From assembly GCA_965153285.1 (NCBI GenBank), contig OZ229111.1: a stretch of DNA of 64,000 nt, one strand, 5' to 3'. The notes beneath the pieces are model-generated. The model was not told the origin of the DNA. It made no database searches and worked only from the letters and a program-made list of their open reading frames with translations. Below, piece by piece: positions 27,587 through 40,207 of the stretch. The position numbers and the translations under genes are program-made. Position 1 is the first letter of the stretch. The number at the start of each line of letters is the position of its first letter. The stretch comes from Podarcis tiliguerta (lineage: Eukaryota).

Positions 27587-27715
27587 TGTATCACGTTTGG
27601 TCAAAACTCTCCACTATGACCTGTCCATCTTGGGTGGCCCTGCATGGCATAGCTCATAGCTTCTCTGAGTTATTCAAGCCCCTTCGCCACGGCAAGGCAG
27701 TGATCCATGAAAGGG
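27587..27715 (-). ncRNA. Candidate HDV-like self-cleaving ribozyme at the BovB 5' terminus
   Basis: Manual fold: P1 CCCUUUC/GAAGGGG, P2 UGGAUCAC/GUGAUACA, P3 GCC/GGC, L3 UUGCCGU, extended P4, J4/2 GACCAAA. Element order matches HDV topology; the +1 nucleotide and L3 are non-canonical. Confidence 0.5.
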
Positions 27716-27773
27716 ACAGTCACCTTTGACTGGACTTAATTGTCCAAGGGTCCTTTACCTTTACTTTGTTTAC
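27716..27773 (+). mobile_element. Sauria SINE, 3' part with ACCTTT tail
   Basis: AGTCACCTTTGACTGG...GGGTCCTTTACCTTTAC matches the 3' end of 52725-53090. Confidence 0.88.
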
Positions 27774-28681
27774 CATACAAGATGGCACCACAGCACCACC
27801 ACTCTATCAGTCCCAGTGGTCCATCCAGAAATGACCCTATTACTGAAATTTCTCAGGCGTCCAAGAAGGATCCTTGGAAACTAGTGCTTACCACAACTAG
27901 GGTTGCCTTATCTTGAAGAGCAAAAAAGAATGACTTGTGCCATTATGTACCTACAGTGTCTTATTTTATTCTTCCATTTAGCCATTTCCATTGTGGCAGA
28001 GCAAACAAAAACCACATGGAAAAATTATGAATATATTGTTTTCTATTTTTATGTATCGGCCATGTTCATTTCCAATGTGGCAAATATTACAGGAGCAAGA
28101 AAAACATCTATTTTTAGCTTTGTCCTGCAGCTCAAAACCAGACAGTAGAAAATAGAAAATCTCATTTTTATTTTTTTCTGCTGGAGAAGTTCCATTCCTA
28201 TTTGTGAAAAATAATCAGTTTGCTGCTGTGCTAGAAGAGTTAGAAATAGAGTAGCTAACATGGTGAGACAAACAAATTTCCAGCAAAGAGTAGCTGATTT
28301 TAGAGCTTCTCAAAATTCTCCACCTTACTTGTGAGCAGAAAAACTGGGGGAGGGGAGAACCATTTCACCAAATTTCTGTCCAAGGGTTTCTTCAGACTAA
28401 TCGATACTGGTCAATTAAAACATTAAAAATGCATTATAAAAATATGACACGAGAGGGTGCTGTAGAGCAGCGTCCGTCGTCAATGTAAAATTGCATTGTC
28501 TGCTATATTATGTGTTTTTAAAGCGTTTTTACAAATAAGTGTAGATCCAGCCCAGGAGTGTGAGCCTCTGCTTTAGCAGTGGCAAAGCACTTTTTCTCTC
28601 TCTCTTTTCAGTTACTGTAAGGCAGCCTGGCTCTGAATAATGGTCTGAACCTAGTGGTTTTGAATGCACTGTGAGGTGATG

Positions 28682-28925
28682 CAGTGGCGTAGGAAGGGGG
28701 TGCGGTGGGTGTGGGGTGCCCCAGGTGTCATCACAGAGAGGGGTGACAAGATGACTAAAATATGTGTTTTTAAAATAAGAAATTCCCATCGCGAGATAAA
28801 GGTTTTAAGTGCTTATGCTCACATTGTTAAGTAAATCTTATTTTTCCTTCTTTTCATAATTTAAATGTTGGGGGGTGACAAGAATTTTTTTGCACTGGGT
28901 ACCACCTGACCTTGCTACGCCACTG
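28682..28925. mobile_element. hAT-type MITE
   Basis: TIRs CAGTGGCGTAG / CTACGCCACTG; TSD AGGTGATG / AGGTGATA (7/8). Confidence 0.88.
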
Positions 28926-31790
28926 AGGTGATAGGGGAATCATGGCTAGCACACAAAAAGGGTGGATAATATCTGTAAAATGACCTTCTTTTGTTTCTTA
29001 GAAAAATGTATTTCAATAATTTTTGGCTCAGCTCTACCTGGTTTTGACTTCGTGTACTCTAAATGCCTGACATGCCAGCAAATCATATATAATTGTGCAC
29101 TAGTAGGAATGTACTATTGGATTATGGATTTTATATACAGTACAAAATCCAGCCCAAGACCTTCCCTGTGCTCCCTCATACACCTTTTCATAAGATGTTG
29201 GACATAAGACGACCCCACTTGAAATAACACAAATAAAGGTTTAGGATGAGAAAGTAATTGTTGGAAGTAATTATTAAGTTCTTCAGCTGAGGCATTTCTT
29301 CAAATGCCTTCCTTATTAAAAGAGGCTGAGTTGGCCTAGGACGTTTTGCCGCCTGAGGCAATATCCCTGGTACGACTTCCCTGCTCCTCATTGCCGCCAC
29401 GCGCACACAACCCAGTGCCCACCACTGGCTAGGTGATTGCCAACTCCACCTGCTCCTCTGCCACTGTGGTTGTGACTCCCTGCTGTGGCCACCCTCAGCC
29501 TTCGCTGCCATTGTACCAGGGCTTCCTCAGGCTGCCTCCAGGTAGTGGCGGAGTCATAGCATCAGGCAGGCCATGGAAGGGGCATGGCTGTAGCATGAGA
29601 TGCAGCCACAGTGGCAGAAGATCAGGAGGAGGCAGTGAGCACCTGGCAGTGGCAAACAGTGGGCATACAGCTAAGTTAAGATCTTTTTCTTTACCCGGGC
29701 ATTTTAATTTGTAATTGCTTGGTATTCTAATTTTTATCTGTTGTCTTTCATTATAGTTGCCAGTCTTAGTGTTTGATTGTATTATATTAGGCGTTAAATA
29801 ATTTATGGAACCTGCTTTGATGAAAGGCAGTGCAGAAATGTTTTATATAAAATAAATCATCATGCCATTGTGTATCTTATTTTATTACAATGGTTTCCAC
29901 CTAACATGTACCAAACTACGACTAAAATAGCAGTTACATATATGCTCATTCATGATGAATCTCACTGTGCAGTTCAACAAACTGTAGGATTGTGCTTTCA
30001 AGCTTTCTTCTTCCAAGAAATCCTTTCCACACTGATTTGTCTGTTGAGCAAGCCCTCTGGGTGAGTTGGCATCCTCTGAAGGCTGAAAACTTTAGGGACC
30101 TTTTCCATGGGCCAGGCAAGTGTGGGAATCTTATTAGAATAAAGTTTTAAACTTGGGGGGGGGGGGACCTGCCAGGCCCTTGTGGAGGAGCCCTGGCCAA
30201 TGTACTTCTCAAACACCCAAGGCAAGTGTACCTGGCTGCCCCACTCATGCCACATGAGCCTGACATGGGTACACTAAAAGCCTCCTCCATATAGGGCCTA
30301 TTAGGTTTGTCTTCCACATATTTTGCCCCAGCCTGCAACAGTTCTGCATCTGCATGTTGCTGGTGGTGGTTGTAGGGAGACCATTCCTCCATTTATTTCA
30401 GCAACAAGAAATATTATTCACCACCTATGACACCTTTGATAGCCTTCCACAGTGGCACTGTCATCTGAAGTGGCCCTTAGAGGCTTAGAACAACTGAGAA
30501 ATGAAAGAAGAACAATACAGTTTAAAATTTAAACAGGTTGAAGAAGTGGACACAAGGGGCAAAAACATATGTCCCTTCTGACTGGGGGCAGTAGGAGGAG
30601 GGGGGTAGTCCTAGGACTGGAGAAAGACAGCAGCCAGGAATAAAAATGATGGGTCAGCAGGAAAGTCTGGTGCTTTCTGAGACACTCAATTACATCTGCA
30701 AATAATCAGCTACTAGTAGACTTTAGAGTAAAAAATGTTATCTGTAAAAAGGAATAGGCTGTATTGAAGGCTCAGCAGTAATCCAAGGGCAGTTCGAAGC
30801 ATTTCTTTGCCTCACCTTGCAAATATGCATATGGTAGATGGAATTTTTTTCTGAATCAGAAGTTTCTGTGGAGAAAATGTGTCAGAATACCTCAAAATAA
30901 CTCTGTTAGAAACCTTATTGTTACCAAAGTGCCATGAAGCAATCTGTCCTCGAGAAACATCCCTGAAATCCTGCTCCCACCCCAAGGCCACAACAATAGT
31001 GCCCTATATTTTCTTCAGAGACATTGGATCAGATAAAACCAATAAAAAGAAACTCAACCATTTTAAAATACAACGTATAAAAAGAGCAGATGAAAAGCAG
31101 TATTAAACCAAATTTCAATAGGGATTAAACTTGTTTTAAAGCTATGGGGAAATAAAAATGAACCTCCCCAGGGGATAGAATTTCTACCCGAGAAGGCCCT
31201 GTCTAACATCAGACTCACTACTATATCATTCATTCACACCACCTGAATGAAAAAGTAAAATATGGGAAACTGTATTGTTATTCAAATTAATATACCATAC
31301 AAGAGACCCTTAAGAATACCCCTTGTTTGTAACCTTGCAATGAAAAAAATGAATAATATTAATAATAATTGTACCCTGCCCATCTGACTGGGTTGCCCCA
31401 GCCCCTCTGGGGCATTATCATTCATTTTTGCTGCTTTAAATACAGTATTGACTTTTCTCTTTCTCTTATTCTGTAAACTGTTACAGAAACTTACAAACTA
31501 AATATCAGCCTCACCAGCCACGGTGGCAGCAACCAGAATGGGGGTCTCCAAGGATGATACTAACAAATGGACAAGCGGATGTGGAGACAGGATCTCCTGT
31601 CCTAAGCTGTACAAAACTTCAAAAGTAAGCCATTACCCCCCCCCCAAAGAAACAGATCAAGGATCAGCAGAACTGATCGGGCCCTAGCAAGATCTGATCC
31701 CAGTTCTCGGTCCCAATTAGCAAGCTAGTACCTATGTTCTGGACAAGCTCCAGTTTTCACACAGTATTCAGAGTTTGCCATATATACAAT

Positions 31791-31970
31791 CATAGGAGCC
31801 AACTTCTAGGGGCTGTGGGGGCTTCGGCCGTCACAATAAAATATTGGAGGGGGCAGCCAGTTGATGGGCAATGCCATTCAAATAGTGTGTGTGCACTGTG
31901 TCATGTGATCGATTATGTGGGCTGGGGCTTACCTGCCCCCTCCAATATTTTATTCAAGTTGACATCCCTG
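31791..31970. mobile_element. Diverged hAT-type MITE
   Basis: Imperfect TIRs CATAGGAGCCAACT / AGTTGACATCCCTG; internal inverted repeat AATAAAATATTGGAGGGGGCAG / CTGCCCCCTCCAATATTTTATT; TSD TATACAAT / CATACAGT (6/8). Confidence 0.7.
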
Positions 31971-33336
31971 CATACAGTTACTTGAAGTAATCACCAGAGC
32001 TCATCTGTTTGTTACATGCATCTGTCCTTTAGCCCTCAGAATTCCAGCTACAACACAGAAAGTGTGGTTAAACTCAAATATTATTATTTTTTAAAATAAT
32101 AAAATGTTTGGGAATTGTACATATTGTAATTTTTTAATTGGGGCAGCTATTGAGTTAGATGTAGTAATTTAGAATTAAATTGTTTGATGGCTTTCCTTAC
32201 TATAGGTTTTATATGGGTTATTTGGTAATCATGCTTACCAAAATTATATCACAACACCTGGTTCCATTGTTTTTAATCTTCATTATGATTTTAAAGTTCT
32301 GGAATGTAAAATCAAATTATTTTTGCTGCATAATAAGAAATAATATTTCAAACCCCTTAAGGCTTTGTAATTTTAATGTGACTCACTCAATTTACATTTC
32401 TGTGGAAGAATGTGTAGGAGTGTAAGCACTTATGTATTATCAAGGAATATGACATTATAATCCCATGAAGGTACTACTTTGAGAAGAAAATGTGCCTATT
32501 CTTTTTTATTTCATGCTGAGTACACAATGAATATTTTCTGTTAGTCTCATACACAAAAATAGAACAATTCATATAGACATTTTTTAAATATCTACTATTG
32601 TAGGGTATAATAGCACTTTGTGCTAAATTGCAATGGATTCTTCCCAATGTGTTGATGTGTGTGACCAGTTTTTGTAAACCACTTTGTGATCTGTTCTGAT
32701 GAGAAGCAATACTGTATATAATAAATATTTGAAAGAATAAACAAAGAAATGATCATCACAATTGAGATGTGTGGAGATTCCATTGCCCAAGGTGGTTTGT
32801 TCCATTGTTTAAGGCTGAAATGCTATTCCTCCTTTCCTGGGAGTAAGCCTCATTGTAATTTTGCTGTTAGTCTCTCATTCTCAAATGCTTTTCTTATATC
32901 CCATATTTCCTTCCCTCCTGATTCTCAGCTACCTTCTGTATGAGCTCTATGTTCACTTTGACCATCACACAATGGTGGAGGCATCATGGACTGCACAATA
33001 TCTGTTAGCACAATAACTATGGGTAGGATAAATTGTAAATGTAAATACATAAATAAAATGTCATTGTATCAGGGCAGCCAGTGAACTGTTTGCTACTGGA
33101 AATTGCTAGTGCAATGCTGCAGAGCAATCTCTGGTGAAAGAAGAATTCTGTCCCTTACTGAGAGCAGCCAATATGCAAGAAGCAGAGAGTGTGTTGGCAT
33201 GATGTGTTGCAAAAGTGCATGGCTGCTGACTGCCTGACAGTAGGGGTGGTTGGCTGACCAGCTACCATGCATTCATAAAGCTCTACCCAAGCTTTCTCCT
33301 TGTTAATAGAACAATGAACATGTATAAGAGCAACAT

Positions 33337-33695
33337 TAAAGGTAAAGGGTAAAGGGACCCCTGACCATTAGGTCCAGTCGTGGCCGACTCTGGGGTTGCG
33401 GCACTCATCTTGCTTTATTGGCCAAGGGAGCTGGCGTACAGCTTCCGGGTCATGTGGCCAGCATGACTAAGCCGCTTCTGGTGAACCAGAACAGCGCACG
33501 GAAATGCCGTTTACCTTCCCACCGGAGCAGTACCTATTTATCTACTTACACATTGACGTGCTTTCGAACTGCTAGGTTGGCAGGAGCAGGGACCGAGCAA
33601 TGGGAGCTCACCCCGTTGCGGGGATTCGACCCGCCAACCTTCTGATCAGCAAGTCCTAGGCTCTGTGGTTTAAACCACAGCGCCACCCGCGTCCC
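33337..33695 (-). mobile_element. Sauria SINE, full length
   Basis: Minus strand starts GGGACGCGGGTGGCGCTGTGG, carries a B-box-like GGGTCGAATCCC-containing head and ends (ACCTTT)n; TSD TAAGAGCAACAT / TAACAGCAACAT. Confidence 0.95.
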
Positions 33696-36684
33696 TTTAA
33701 CAGCAACATACCTTGGCATAATTTGGAGAGTGTGGTGCATGCTTTGTTCCCTTCCCATCCTCCACCTACACAGAGTACTTTAATAATTGTCTCCTGGCAT
33801 TCGGGCATTGATGCACCCTCGTCTTATTTCTCCTCTGCAGTGACCCACTTTGCTCCTGCCTGGCTTCTGTCTCTGTCCTCATTTCTGTAAAGGTAGCACT
33901 CCGTTCCATTCTGGACACATTAGTCAGAAGAATGAACAATTTACATCTAAGTATGTTAGGAAAAGAGTGGTACCTCGTGCAATGTAATTAAAATGGAAAA
34001 CAGAACAGCAATCTATCGTATTCCCTTCTGTCTGAATAGAAATAATGGAACACACATTTAAAGGGGCAAAAAAATCGACTTCATTTTATTTGTTTATTAA
34101 CCAGTGTGTCACAGCTAAAGATTTAAAATGATTTAATTAATTCTGTTCCTCATGCTCTTTTCTGATGCAGAGAGGCCATTATATTTTCCAAGTTGCTTAA
34201 CATTAAAAGAAAAATGCCGCCTATAGCAGAACAAGGAGAAACGCTCAAGTGGCTTTTCAAAGGGACAACATCCTCAGTTAGCATCTAGTCTTGCAATTAC
34301 ATGTAGGCAAATGCTAACACAGCAAAGTGAACTGACTGCAGAGGACCAGCTCTGGACCAGCTCATGTGTGCAACAGCTCATGATGGTGGTCCTGATTACA
34401 CAGTTATATATGCATCCAGGGCTGGTGCCAGGCGCTCAGTAAAGTGACACTAATATATTTTTGGGACCCACCTTGTTCTTGGGATTGTAACTTGTATATT
34501 TAATTTTTGTGATCCATCCTGGGGCATTAGGGTGAATGGCACCAAATTAATCATCATCATTTTCCCCATGCCAACTGCTTGCCCTGGAATCAGTGGACCC
34601 ACACCACCATCCCCCTATCACATTACCTCCAAGAGAATGTGGCCATCTGGAAGAAAATGTTCCTCTTTCTTTCAGTAGACAAGTGCGAGCTAGATGAGAT
34701 CAATAAATGGTTTTATATGAGTAAACTTATTGTTTGGAGAACAGCTTGGAATTCCATGATCAGATTGAGAACTGGCATTTGGGAATCAGTTCCTCAAACT
34801 CCATGTGCCCTCAATAGATTTTTATAGGTGGCTGACGACAGTGCTCAAGCAGTACATCCTCAGAAGATGAATATGACTTTTGCAACACATTTTTTCCTTC
34901 CACCATCCCCTTCCTTCCTTCTCCCAGTGCTTCTGGACCCCACTCCTAGGTATCAATTGGCAGGAAGGCCCAGAAGAATTGAGAAGAGAGAGAATGGATG
35001 TAGCTGTGACTATAGCTGCCTCACCCAGAACTTCTGTAGTGGACAGTATGATTTGGGGGGGGGGGGGGGCATTTTGCCAAATCTTTCCAGGTGCTGATGC
35101 CAGACATGGTTTGGTTATCTGGATATATTTTTTGCTATTTTTATGATGACTATACATTGTTTCAAAGATTTTCTTACTCTGTAGTTATTGTCCACTGGTG
35201 GTGATGATAATTATTTTTATTAATTTAATTTGTTGGCCGCCCTTCCCTCTAAGGTCCCAACAACAGAGCAGATGACAACAACATGAAAAACAGTTTAGAA
35301 ACAAATTATGACCACAAATTTGTGATTTATGATTTGTGTTTTAGCTGATGACCTATTATTGGAATTGTGCTTTGATTTTTGCCAACATTGTCATGTAAGG
35401 TGATTTCAAAATCTTTTAAATAAAAAACATAATTTTATCATTGTTGTTTATTAACTGTTCGTTTCATCCTACTTAAATGTTATTGATCCCCTCTGTGTAA
35501 GTCACAATTATTGTTATTGTTTTTATTGTAAGCTGCTTCGAGTATTCTTTAATAGAGAAGTTGCCTGTGAATATTTTATATAAAATAAAAAGTAGGACAC
35601 AGCCATAAATGTGTGCAGCTTTGATAGAATGACCAACTTCTCACTGCTGAATAAATTTTAGGGAAAAGAAACATAGGACAGGCCTATAAAACCTCAACAA
35701 GATCTCTCCATTTTCTCTGGCTCAGAGCTTTATCAATTGTAGGTCAGGGCTTTATCAACTGTAATTCCCAAGATCTTTCCCAGCAGAAGGAAATTTAAAT
35801 TTAATATATCCCAGGCTCCTTTCAAATTGTTCTTATATTCCTCAGCCTTACAAAAGAACCTATAATCTTCTATATGTCAGTGTAAGATGCTTTATTCTAG
35901 GAATAGCTTTACAATGCTATGAGCCCCCGCCACAGTCTTTCACAATACTACTACAAGAAACATCGCATAATACATTATTCTGGCCTCTGTAAGCTAAAAC
36001 TTTCATATGGTAGTAGTAGTGCAGAGAGAGGCTTATAGGGAAATCCTTAATGTTTTAGGGAGCTTTGCATTTTTCAAACAAGGCTAGATAGCCCATGCAT
36101 CCAAATCATTAGAATATCTCCTTTCTAGTCATACAAATTTCATTGAATTTCAATTTCATTGTTCTGCAAGGGACAATGACAATAAAGATACCATAATCAT
36201 AATCGTAATCAAATGAAAAATGTTGTATATACATACAACTAAAGAACAAACTGTTTAGTTTAATCTATTGATTTTTATTAACAAAGAAGACAGTAAACAA
36301 ATTTTGCATGCTATGAAATTGGACAGGGGAGTGTTGCTCCAAAGTTGAGGGCCCCTCTATGCTGTTTGAAGAAAGCAAAGGGGACATTCTTACCCTCTTG
36401 TACAAACCACTTGCAATGAATCCTGGAACAGCTGTACTTCTGTCCAGTTCACTGACTCACTGTGGCTATAACTGAATGACTGTTATGGTAGTCATGTGTC
36501 CTACTTTATGCAGAACAGTCCTCTATTTATGGAGCTGTCAGAGGAGAGTCCTCACTATTTGGAGGAATCTTCTGTGGGTAAAGAACTGTTCTGTTTGAAG
36601 AGAAAAAGCTATGAGAAAGGAGAACAGGGGCCTTGAATTTCATCATCAGAGTTCAGTGCATGGGCAACTAAGTGCTCCAGGAAG

Positions 36685-36835
36685 AGAGCATGATGTTTAA
36701 TGCTGCTGAGAGACCAAAGAAAATTAACAGGGTTGCACTCCCCCTGTTTCTTTCCTGACAAAAGTCATTGATTAGGGGGAGCAAGGCAGTTTCAACGTCA
36801 AAACCAGGGTTTCAAGCCAGATTGAAATTGCTCCA
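36685..36835 (-). mobile_element. Decayed L2 RT fragment
   Basis: Minus strand reads QFQSGLKP/GFDVETALL...RGSATLLIFFGLSAALNII, a degenerate QSGFR..ETAL..LDLSAAFD. Confidence 0.7.
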
Positions 36836-37292
36836 CGTTATCTATTTCCTTCAAGTATGACCACCTTTTGGACCACCTTGCAACAAAAGGTGACATTTGC
36901 AGCTGGCCTAACACTTCTGAGTCCAGAGGATCATTTCAAGGAAGGAGCATAATGCCACCTCATTTAAGGCTGCTAGCACTTCCTCAATCCCCACAACAAG
37001 GCATTACCCACACCCTGGCCTTGCCCAATCACTTCCGTTTGGCTAGCTTTTATTAGCCAAGAAGGGCAAGGGTCAAAAATCCATGTGATATGCCAAACTC
37101 CTTCAAGCAGCTTCTCCACATCCTTAGGCCACAACAATTGAAACTCAACTAGATGGTACTCTGGACACTTCCACAGGACTAGTGCTAACGGTGGGATCTT
37201 ATTCCATACAGACATGAACAGTTTTATCTTTGAATTCCTGTGGTTACAGAGAAGAGAGACCAAGCCCATGTTTGATGCATGCTAAGCCAAAC

Positions 37293-38987
37293 GTTATGCA
37301 GATTTCCAAAAAATAGCAAGGAGAGATAAGAAGGCCTTCTTAAACGAGCAATGCAAAGAAATAGAGGAAAACAACAGAATGGGAAGAACCAGAGATCTGT
37401 TCAAGAAAATTGGAGATATGAAAGGAACATTTCGTTCAAGGATTACCATAATAAAGGACAAAAGTGGTAAGGACCTAACAGAAGCAGAAGACATCAAAAA
37501 GAGGTGGCAAGAATACACAGAGGAACTATACCAGAAAGATATGGATGTCTCGTACACCCCAGGTAGTTTGCTGACCTTGAGCCAGACATCCTGGAGAGTG
37601 AAGTCAAATGGGCCTTAGAAAGCACTGCAAATAACAAGGCCAGTGGAAGTGATGGTATTCCAGCTGAACTATTTAAAATTTTAAAAGATGATGCTGTCAA
37701 GGTGCTACACTCAATATGCCAGCAAGTTTGGAAAACTCAGCAGTGGCCAGAGGATTGGAGAAGATCAGTCTACATCCCAATCCCAAAGGAGGGCAGTGCT
37801 AAAGAATGCTCCAACTACCGCACAATTGCACTCATTTCACACGCTAGCAAGGTTATGCTTAAAATTCTACAAGGAAGGCTCAAGCAGTATGTGGACCGAG
37901 AACTCCCAGAAGTGCAAGCTGGATTTAGAAGAGGCAGAGGAACCAGAGACCAAATTGCAAACATGTGCTGGATTATGGAGAAAGCTAGAGAGTTCCAGAA
38001 AGACATCTACTTCTGCTTCATTGACTATGCAAAAGCCTTTGACTGTGTCGACCACAGCAAACTATAGCAAGTTCTTAAAGAAATGGGAGTGCCTGATCAC
38101 CTCATCTGTCTCCCGAGAAATCTCTATGTGGGACAAGAAGCTACAGTTAGAACTGGATATGGAACAACTGATTGGTTCAAAATTGGGAAAGGAGTACGAC
38201 AAGGCTGTATTTTGTCTCCCTGTTTATTTAACTTATATGCAGAATTCATCATGTGAAAGGCTGGGCTGGATGAATCCCTAGCCGGAATTAAGATTGCTGG
38301 AAGAAATATCAACAACCTCAGATATGCAGATGACACAACCTTGATGGCAGAAAGTGAGGAGGAATTAAAGAACCTTTTATTGAGGGTGAAAGAGGAGAGC
38401 GCAAAATGATCACTGCAGATGGTGACAGCAGCCACGAAATTAAGAGACGCCTGCTTCTTGGGAGGAAAGCAATGACAAACCTAGACAGCATCTTAAAAAG
38501 TAGAGACATCACCTTGCCAACAACGGTCCGTATAGTTAAAGCCATGGTTTTCCCAGTAGTGATGTATGGAAGTGAGAGCTGGACCATAAAGAAGGCTGAT
38601 CGCCGAAGAATTGATGCTTTTGAATTATGGTGCTGGAGGAGACTCTTGAGAGTCCCATGGACTGCAAGAAGATCAAACGTATCCATTCTTAAGGAAATCA
38701 GCCCTGAGTGCTCACTGGAAGGACAGGTCGTGAAGCTGAGGCTCCAATACTTTGGCCACCTCATGAGAAGAGGAGACTCCCTGGAAAAGACCCTGATGTT
38801 GGGAAAGATGGAGGGCACAAGGAGAAGGGGACGACAGAGGACGAGATGGTTGGATAGTGTCTTCGAAGCTACAAACATGAGTCTGACCAAACTGCGGGAG
38901 ACAGTGGAAGACAGAAGTGCCTGGCCTTCTCTGGTCCATGGGGTCACGAAGAGTGGGACACGACTAAACGACTAAGCGACAACGACG
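37293..38987 (+). mobile_element. RTE-BovB LINE, 5'-truncated, with stops, frameshifts and an internal deletion at about 38406 (pseudogene)
   Basis: ORFs 37379-37618, 37702-38067 and 38406-38975 encode RTE RT and C-terminus (LRYADD near 38317-38334; GRQRTRWLD); tail GACTAAACGACTAAGCGACAACGACG; 9-bp TSD AAGCCAAAC (37284-37292, 38988-38996). Confidence 0.96.
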
Positions 38988-40207
38988 AAGCCAAACCTTG
39001 GCCTTGCTGCCTTGCCATACTGTTTGAAGAGCAAAGTTGGTATGAGCTGCTCGCCAGGAGCTAGCATGCTCATGCAATTCTAGTAAGTCGTAGTTTGGTT
39101 TACCGTGACATGCAAATGACACCAGTGACCAGCCCAATAGAAGTATTGTGTCCATCAGTGAGAAAATGAGAAAAAAACAAATACAGGGCTCCTGGGAATC
39201 AAACTTAGGCTGATGTGGAAGTGTGTTTTCATTCTTTCTGGACAAGTTTATCTCCTGCCTGATATATGGCAAGGGGAAAACTGTGATTACCTCGTTAAAT
39301 CTCGCACTTAATCTGTTTATTTATCCTGCTTACTAAAGACAAATAGTAAAATGCTGAACTTTACCCACCTGTGTTCTAAATAAGCTCAAATGTCAATGGC
39401 TTATGAAATAATGGAATTTACTTATTATAAAACTTCACTAAGCTTTCATTAGAGTGCCATAAAAAAGTATTTGTAAACATATATCAGGCAGTGCAAAGCA
39501 GCTCCCATGAAAATCAGTGGGAGCTGTGTGCACACATCAATCATCTAATCTGTCTCTCACCGCTTTATTTATTAAAGGTATTTTAGTTTTAGAATTGCCT
39601 ACATATTTTGTGCTGTTTTACTGATACATGTGGTTGTTGTTTTTATGACAGCAATAAAGCAAATTAGCTATTAGCTTCTGAATATCTATTGAGTGACCTG
39701 TATACTATGATAACATTCATTGTAATTGGCACTGTATTTGTGCAGTTGAATTGTCAATGTTACATTACAATTCAGTTGGCACATAGAAGGAAAAAGAGGT
39801 TTTATGTTTATAACAGTAAAATGACCTAGAAGTACTGGAGAACAAATGACAGAGAGAGAGAAGACAACTGAAAACTGAATTGGTTGATTTTCTTACTTCA
39901 TGAAAAAAGAGCCTTAAGGCAGGATGTCAGGGAGTAAAGGGGATCATTTGCAGAGTCTGTCATATAACAGAAGTAATAACGTAGATGACACTGAACAGCT
40001 TGAGGCATGTGAAGCAAAGGTTTGTTCTGCTGACCTCAGGTGTTTCATACTGCATACCTCACCTTTGAGATCCACTGCAACTATATGGGGCAGAGATGTG
40101 TTGACTTAATGTCTACATTACATACCACTAACACACAAACCATCAATAGGCACACCCACAGTGGGGGAATGAAGTTGAGGCATGAGGACTGCAAATGCAT
40201 CCCTCAT

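Larger units (their letters stand above)
25871..27715 (-). mobile_element. RTE-BovB LINE: 5' end retained, endonuclease region deleted, 3' tail lost, frameshifted (pseudogene)
   Basis: Minus-strand ORFs 26712-27338 (IPKKGSAKECSNYRTIALISH, QAGFRRGRGT, FIDYAKAFD), 26315-26800 (GVRQGC, LRYAND) and 25950-26348 (YGSESWT) encode an RTE RT. 27405-27715 is the BovB 5' UTR plus ORF start (EDEPLRSEGVQHATGE). Confidence 0.95.

Noticed and set aside
33620-33695. tRNA-like A/B boxes
   Set aside because: These are tRNA-derived Sauria SINE heads, not tRNA genes.
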